Assembly (NCBI GenBank): GCA_963621535.1
Contig: CAVFEQ010000001.1
Span: 18,040-82,039, forward strand
Source: Paludibacteraceae bacterium
GTDB taxonomy: Bacteria; Bacillota_I; Bacilli_A; RFN20; CAG-826
Length of the DNA: 64,000 nucleotides
Direction: 5' to 3'
The first letter of the stretch is position 1, and every line of letters begins with the position of its first letter. Made by a program: the position numbers and the translations under genes. The notes beneath the pieces were generated by a model. That model searched no databases. It was not told where the DNA came from and worked only from the letters and a program-made list of their open reading frames with translations. Shown here piece after piece: positions 59,564 to 64,000 of this stretch.

Positions 59564-60096
59564 GTCTATACGTAGTCAGGCACGGCCAAACCGATTGGAA
59601 CAAGAAATACCTTATCCAAGGCAGGATCGACATCCCCCTTAACGAAGAAGGGCTCAAACAAGCGAAGGCCACCAAAGAGAAACTCGCTGGCATCGACATC
59701 GACGTGATTTACGTCTCCCCCTTGGAAAGAGCGAGGCAGACCGCGGAAATCATCAATGAAGATAGGCACGCCCCCATCGTTATCGATGAGCGGATCATCG
59801 AGGAGTTTTACGGGGACATGGAGGGGAAATCCCGCTCAGGCGAAGCTTATCTGACCCAGCGAAAAAGCTTCTTCAAACGCTACCCAAACGGGGAAGGCTA
59901 TCTTGATGTCGTCGCCAGGGTTTACCCCTTTCTAAACGAAATCAAAGCAACGAGACGAAAGGAAAACGTCTTGCTCGTCTGCCATGGCGGAATGTCGCGG
60001 GTCATCAATTCCTATTTCTACGATATGGGGAATGAGGAATTCGTGAACTTCGGCCTCGATAACTGCGAGGTGGCGCGCTACGAATTCAAAGATTAG
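59560..60096 (+). CDS. Histidine phosphatase (phosphoglycerate mutase-like) family protein
   Basis: RHGQTDWN catalytic motif. ATGA overlap with the MATE stop. Confidence 0.85.
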   Translation: MSLYVVRHGQTDWNKKYLIQGRIDIPLNEEGLKQAKATKEKLAGIDIDVIYVSPLERARQTAEIINEDRHAPIVIDERIIEEFYGDMEGKSRSGEAYLTQRKSFFKRYPNGEGYLDVVARVYPFLNEIKATRRKENVLLVCHGGMSRVINSYFYDMGNEEFVNFGLDNCEVARYEFKD

Positions 60097-60698
60097 GCAG
60101 GGTGCTTGATGCGCATAGTTTCGCTGAAAAGAACGAGGCTTTGCAAGGTTGACTGGAGATCTAGGCTTGGATCGCCGTGCTCTGCAAAGCTTTTTTCGAC
60201 ATTCTCCTTGAATTTTGGATAGAGCTCTTTCATGTTGTCGTCAACGACGTGGTAGCCTCTAGCAATCCCTTCCATTGCGATGCCAGAGAGAGTGAAAATC
60301 GGGCCCAAAGCAAAATCAGGGACCACCACTTTCTTCTGCGAATAAAGAACATAAGAATAATAGGAAAAGAAGACATCACAAAGAGGATGGCAATCTTCAT
60401 CGTGGTGATCATCAGGGTCCCAAGCAGGCCACCTGACCGCGTTTTTGGTCCCAAGCAGCACCCCGCGATTGACCCTAGCGTCAATCAAGGCAATTAACAA
60501 AGCGCGGAAGCCGTCGTTCCCAAAATGCATGCGCCTCCCCATCAAAGACCCAACGAGCGTGGGGATCATCTCTTTTTCCTCATCGCTCGCATTTTGGGGC
60601 AGCATATCCTCAACCACCTTGCAGAAAAGGCCAAAGCCCGTCGCCTGGTCAAGCATGTCCAATTGGTCAATCGCGACCTTCTCACGTTCGATTTTCAT
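60093..60698 (-). CDS. Hypothetical protein, 201 aa
   Basis: Clean ORF with host-like composition. No motif recognised. Confidence 0.5.
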   Translation of the reverse strand: MKIEREKVAIDQLDMLDQATGFGLFCKVVEDMLPQNASDEEKEMIPTLVGSLMGRRMHFGNDGFRALLIALIDARVNRGVLLGTKNAVRWPAWDPDDHHDEDCHPLCDVFFSYYSYVLYSQKKVVVPDFALGPIFTLSGIAMEGIARGYHVVDDNMKELYPKFKENVEKSFAEHGDPSLDLQSTLQSLVLFSETMRIKHPA

Positions 60699-60759
60699 AT
60701 TCTCTCCTAAAAAAGCCTCTGGAAGACTGGGGTTAATCGCCTTTCAGAAGCACACTTAT

Positions 60760-61734
60760 TCAAGCATGTTTCTTAATTTCATCAAGGCTTTTTTTCTTCT
60801 TTTTCCTCGCCTTTTTCCTTTTTCCTTCTTTAGGGTAAAACGGCCCGTGGGTGGCGTAAAGCGCGCCTCCATGGTATTCAAGGATCAAAGAAAAAGGATG
60901 GGGATGGCTTTCTTCTAAAAGAGGGAGGAAGGCCTTGTCGCCTTCCCAGAGGGGAAGGTTCATCATCTTTTCTTTCTCTACCCAGGCTAACTCCCCTTCA
61001 TCGCATTCGCTCAATTCCCCAGAGAAAGAGGTGACCTTGAAAAGGAACATCCTCTCCGGGGGATAGAGGTCATTAAGGAAGTCGATTTTCCCTAGGTAGG
61101 AATAGTTTAAGACATCGAGCCCAGTCTCTTCCTTGATCTCCCTTTCGAAGGCGTGGACCATCGATTCTCCTTCCTCGATTTTTCCTCCTACCCCAATCCA
61201 CTTCCCTTCGTTGAGGTCATTCTTCTTTTTGGTTCGATGGAGAAGCAGATACTTCCCCTCGTTTTCAATATAGGCCAAAGTGGTTTTGATTTTGATTTGG
61301 CTTTGCCAAGCTAAAAGAGCTTCCCTTTCCTTGATTTTCGTCAAAATCTCCGCAAGAACCCGCTCTAAATCGTTTTCGATTTCCTTTCCCCAGTAACGCA
61401 AGACAAGATAACCCTGTCTTTTTAAGGTCGCGTTCACCTCGTGGTCGCGGGCGATGTTCCTCTCGATTTTCGGAATCCAATAGGAGAGGTTTGAATGGAT
61501 TTTGGATTTGTTCTCCTCGAAATGGTAGCCATGCCAAAACTCGGAGTCGCAGAAAATGGCGATCTTAAGTTTTTCGATGCAGATATCAGGATGGCCGAAA
61601 ACCTTCGAGGAATAAAGCCTATAGCGCACCCCTGCTTCAGAAAGAGCGTGGCGAAGAATAAGCTCGATGCCCGTATCCTTCCCGCGGATACGCGACATCG
61701 TATAGGAGATGACTTTAGGGTCGCGACTAGCCAT
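60760..61734 (-). CDS. vsr: Vsr (very-short-patch repair endonuclease) fused to a Nudix (MutT-like) hydrolase with a basic tail
   Basis: N-terminal half has SRIRGKDTGIELILRHAL...HPDICIEKLKIAIFCDSEFWHG. C-terminal half has the Nudix box GGKIEEGESMVHAFEREIKEETGL. The tail is KEGKRKKARKKKKK. Start is ATG 61734 or TTG 61758. Confidence 0.85.
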   Translation of the reverse strand: MASRDPKVISYTMSRIRGKDTGIELILRHALSEAGVRYRLYSSKVFGHPDICIEKLKIAIFCDSEFWHGYHFEENKSKIHSNLSYWIPKIERNIARDHEVNATLKRQGYLVLRYWGKEIENDLERVLAEILTKIKEREALLAWQSQIKIKTTLAYIENEGKYLLLHRTKKKNDLNEGKWIGVGGKIEEGESMVHAFEREIKEETGLDVLNYSYLGKIDFLNDLYPPERMFLFKVTSFSGELSECDEGELAWVEKEKMMNLPLWEGDKAFLPLLEESHPHPFSLILEYHGGALYATHGPFYPKEGKRKKARKKKKKSLDEIKKHA

Positions 61735-61739
61735 GGTTG

Positions 61740-63278
61740 CTATTTTTTGGGGAAGCAAAGAGCGCGCAGGGCCTTATAGTCCAAGGCAGGATCCTCGATC
61801 GAAACGCCATTATGGCAAAGGCAAGCAAGAGAGAGATTCCCTTTCTCATCCTCCTCATAGATCGCGCAAAGAAGCGGGTCTTCCTTGTTCGAAAGCAAAA
61901 ACGCATAGGGCATGTAGCTATTATCGACGTTCATGGCAAGGAAATCCCAGGCTTCAAGGTTTGGAGAAAGGGCCTTAGCCAGCAAAGCAGGCTTTTCCTC
62001 GTCGCTTATCGAAACGAAGCTCGTTTTGGATGAATCGATAGTTTTCTCGCCCCTAGAAAAGCGTTTCTTCCCTTCGCGAGAGAATTTGCCCGTCACAAAC
62101 ATCAAAAGAGGATCGTTGAAGATCGTGGATGAGCTAGGGACGTCTTTGCGCCGGCAAAAAACATAAACTTGCTCCTCTTTATGAGTTGAGGCAGGGCTAA
62201 TCTCCGTTTCCTTTTTCGGAGCGTCTTCTACTTTTTCTTGGTAAGGCCGCTGATTCCTGGTCTTTTTGGTAAGGACATCAGGCTTTTTGTTGCTGCTAGG
62301 TTCAAAGGAAGGTGAAACGAAAGAGGGTTCTAAAGTTTTCTTGTTCAAAGCTGGATTAGAGGGCTTTTGCTCGCTCTTTGAGCCGTATTTTTTTTGGTTC
62401 GGGGTGGCAGGCTTTTCAAAAGGAGCTTGCGGGGTGGGCGCTTTTGCCTGGACGTTTGGCTCGAAAGAGGGGCGAATAAAAGAAGAGGCGATTGCTTCTT
62501 GGCTGGGCTCTTCTTCCTCTAATGGCAGAGAAACGGATGTCTTCTTTTTTCTCTCTTTCGAGAAAGAGCCGAGGTCACGCGGCTTTTTGCTGGAGCTCGC
62601 GGAAAATGATTCCTTCGCGACTTCGATATGAATGGCCTCATCGCTTTCCTCTTCTTCGCTTGGCTCGCTTGCAAGAAAGGAAGAGCCTAAATCAAGGGTG
62701 GCTTTCTTTGAGGAAGGCTCGAAGGCAGGGCGCGAAATCTCGATATGGATGGGTCCCTCATCCTCAACTTCTTGCCTCTCTTGATCGGGGAAGAAATAGC
62801 CTAGATCCGCCGGCATGCTTTGCTTAGTAGGAGCAAAAGAAGTCGGGTTTACGTTCAGCGAGAGAGTGGAGAGGAACTCTTTCCCGCTCATCGGCTCGCC
62901 CTCTTCTTCGCGGATTTCCACGCCGTTGAGGCAGCGGACGAGAACTTCGTTGTTCTTAAGTGAGACGACAAGGGCGTTTTCATGGTGAGAACGGTTGATG
63001 AGCAAGGCGGTGCTAGGCTCGTCGTTCTCATCGACGATCAAGGCAGGCAAAAGCCATTCCGAAAGGCGAAAACTCGTCCTAGAAAGCGCCATCACAGGAT
63101 CTTCAAAGGCGTTGTTCGGATAGAAGGAAACTCCATTAGAAAGAGGAAAAGAATGGACTTTTGCAAGGATTTCTTGGGCTTGTTCAAAATAAGGAAGGGT
63201 AAAAGAGGAGGAATCGTTGGCCAAAAGCATCTCCCCCCGAGAAGGGGCTGCCTGGTATAAATAAAGCGCTTGTTTCAT
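61740..63278 (-). CDS. Hypothetical protein, 512 aa: two globular ends joined by a ~240-aa disordered repeat linker
   Basis: Uninterrupted ORF. The middle (nt ~62169-62891) is rich in P/S/E/K, with repeated PSFEP and IHIE...SSKK...DLGS units. Confidence 0.7.
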   Translation of the reverse strand: MKQALYLYQAAPSRGEMLLANDSSSFTLPYFEQAQEILAKVHSFPLSNGVSFYPNNAFEDPVMALSRTSFRLSEWLLPALIVDENDEPSTALLINRSHHENALVVSLKNNEVLVRCLNGVEIREEEGEPMSGKEFLSTLSLNVNPTSFAPTKQSMPADLGYFFPDQERQEVEDEGPIHIEISRPAFEPSSKKATLDLGSSFLASEPSEEEESDEAIHIEVAKESFSASSSKKPRDLGSFSKERKKKTSVSLPLEEEEPSQEAIASSFIRPSFEPNVQAKAPTPQAPFEKPATPNQKKYGSKSEQKPSNPALNKKTLEPSFVSPSFEPSSNKKPDVLTKKTRNQRPYQEKVEDAPKKETEISPASTHKEEQVYVFCRRKDVPSSSTIFNDPLLMFVTGKFSREGKKRFSRGEKTIDSSKTSFVSISDEEKPALLAKALSPNLEAWDFLAMNVDNSYMPYAFLLSNKEDPLLCAIYEEDEKGNLSLACLCHNGVSIEDPALDYKALRALCFPKK

Positions 63279-63374
63279 GAACCCTCCTCGCCAAAACGGC
63301 TATCCTGACTATTGTAGCCTATTTCCCTGAGCGAAAAACAGGCGCATATGCCTTTTTTTCGCTAAAATGAACCC

Positions 63375-63893
63375 ATGCAAAGAATCGCTTTAGTTCTTCC
63401 CAATCAACTCGCAAACGCAAGCAAAGCCGCTAGGCGTGCCGAGATGGATTTCGAAGAGACTTTCTTTGATGAGAGTAAGTTCGCCCAGGAGGTGGAGGAA
63501 AGAAGAGCCTACGTCCTAAAAGACGGAGCGAAGATTCTTTCTCTCGCTTCCTTTTCTTTTTTCCCGTTAGAAGAAATCTACGGCAACGACCTCCCAAAAC
63601 AAAACGAGTTGCTTGACCGCATTGGCTATTATGGCGAGCCCTTGCTTTTCCTGGATTCGATTTTCACCGATCCTTTCTATAAAAGGAAAGGCAACGCGAA
63701 GGCTTTATTTCTATCTCTAGTCTCCGCGCATAAAGAGGCGACTTGGCTCGCCCTGCTCCCACCTTCTCGCCTTTCCTTGCTCCCTTTTTTCCAGGCAATC
63801 GGATTTAAGCCGTATGATTACGCGGAGAATAAGTCGCTGATTTTGGTTCGCAAAAAAGAAAAGGAAGGGCTCTGCGCGAACCCCTCCTTCTGA
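63375..63893 (+). CDS. GNAT-like N-acetyltransferase (tentative)
   Basis: 172 aa. FTDPFYKRKGNAKALF resembles the acetyl-CoA-binding motif A. Confidence 0.45.
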   Translation: MQRIALVLPNQLANASKAARRAEMDFEETFFDESKFAQEVEERRAYVLKDGAKILSLASFSFFPLEEIYGNDLPKQNELLDRIGYYGEPLLFLDSIFTDPFYKRKGNAKALFLSLVSAHKEATWLALLPPSRLSLLPFFQAIGFKPYDYAENKSLILVRKKEKEGLCANPSF

Positions 63894-63898
63894 ATAAG

Positions 63899-64000
63899 TT
63901 AAGCAAGCTGGCTTTGATAAAGCTCCGCGAAGAAGCCTTTTTGGCCCAGCAGTTCATCGAAATTCCCCTGCTCGATGATTTCCCCGTCTTTCAAGACGAG
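63899..64000 (-). CDS. C-terminal end of an ABC exporter ATPase (partial, continues past the right edge)
   Basis: Hand translation of the minus strand gives [33 protein letters not shown]-stop, the typical tail of MsbA/MdlB-type exporters. Confidence 0.7.
   Translation of the reverse strand, partial: LVLKDGEIIEQGNFDELLGQKGFFAELYQSQLA

Overview
Chromosomal window, about 50% GC by eye. It appears to come from a reduced, probably wall-less Firmicutes/Mollicutes-like bacterium that uses the standard genetic code: Trp is TGG, and TGA is the stop in several ATGA start/stop overlaps. The left end holds a complete F1Fo ATP synthase operon (atpIBEFHAGDC, minus strand), with an ATP-grasp gene translationally coupled to atpC. 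The rest is mostly housekeeping and scavenging: a TGS/uridine-kinase-like gene, glpK, two aminopeptidase P genes, yigZ, pepF, pepC, an S41-type lipoprotein, an N-domain-less ClpB behind a perfect CIRCE operator, Hsp33, thioredoxin, tRNA-Asp and tRNA-Gly, rdgB, a YhhN/MFS pair, a MATE pump, a GntR-ABC module, an acyl-ACP thioesterase, hypB and hypA 22 kb apart, and a Vsr-Nudix fusion. I saw no transposase, integrase, CRISPR array or rRNA. Three parts are not explained by families I recognise. (i) A co-directional cassette at 32.7-41.6 kb encodes a TM-anchored 365-aa ORFan, two roughly 1200-aa beta-rich paralogs (one TM-anchored, one lipoprotein) and a membrane-tethered XRE regulator, behind a palindrome-dense leader. 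(ii) A 2370-aa polytopic membrane protein carries a recurring degenerate motif and is start/stop-coupled to yigZ and pepP. (iii) An AT-rich islet carries an AAA+/winged-helix ATPase preceded by a helically phased 3 x 29-bp (6 x TTGTACTT) repeat array. All family calls come from motif recognition by eye; no database search or structure prediction was run.
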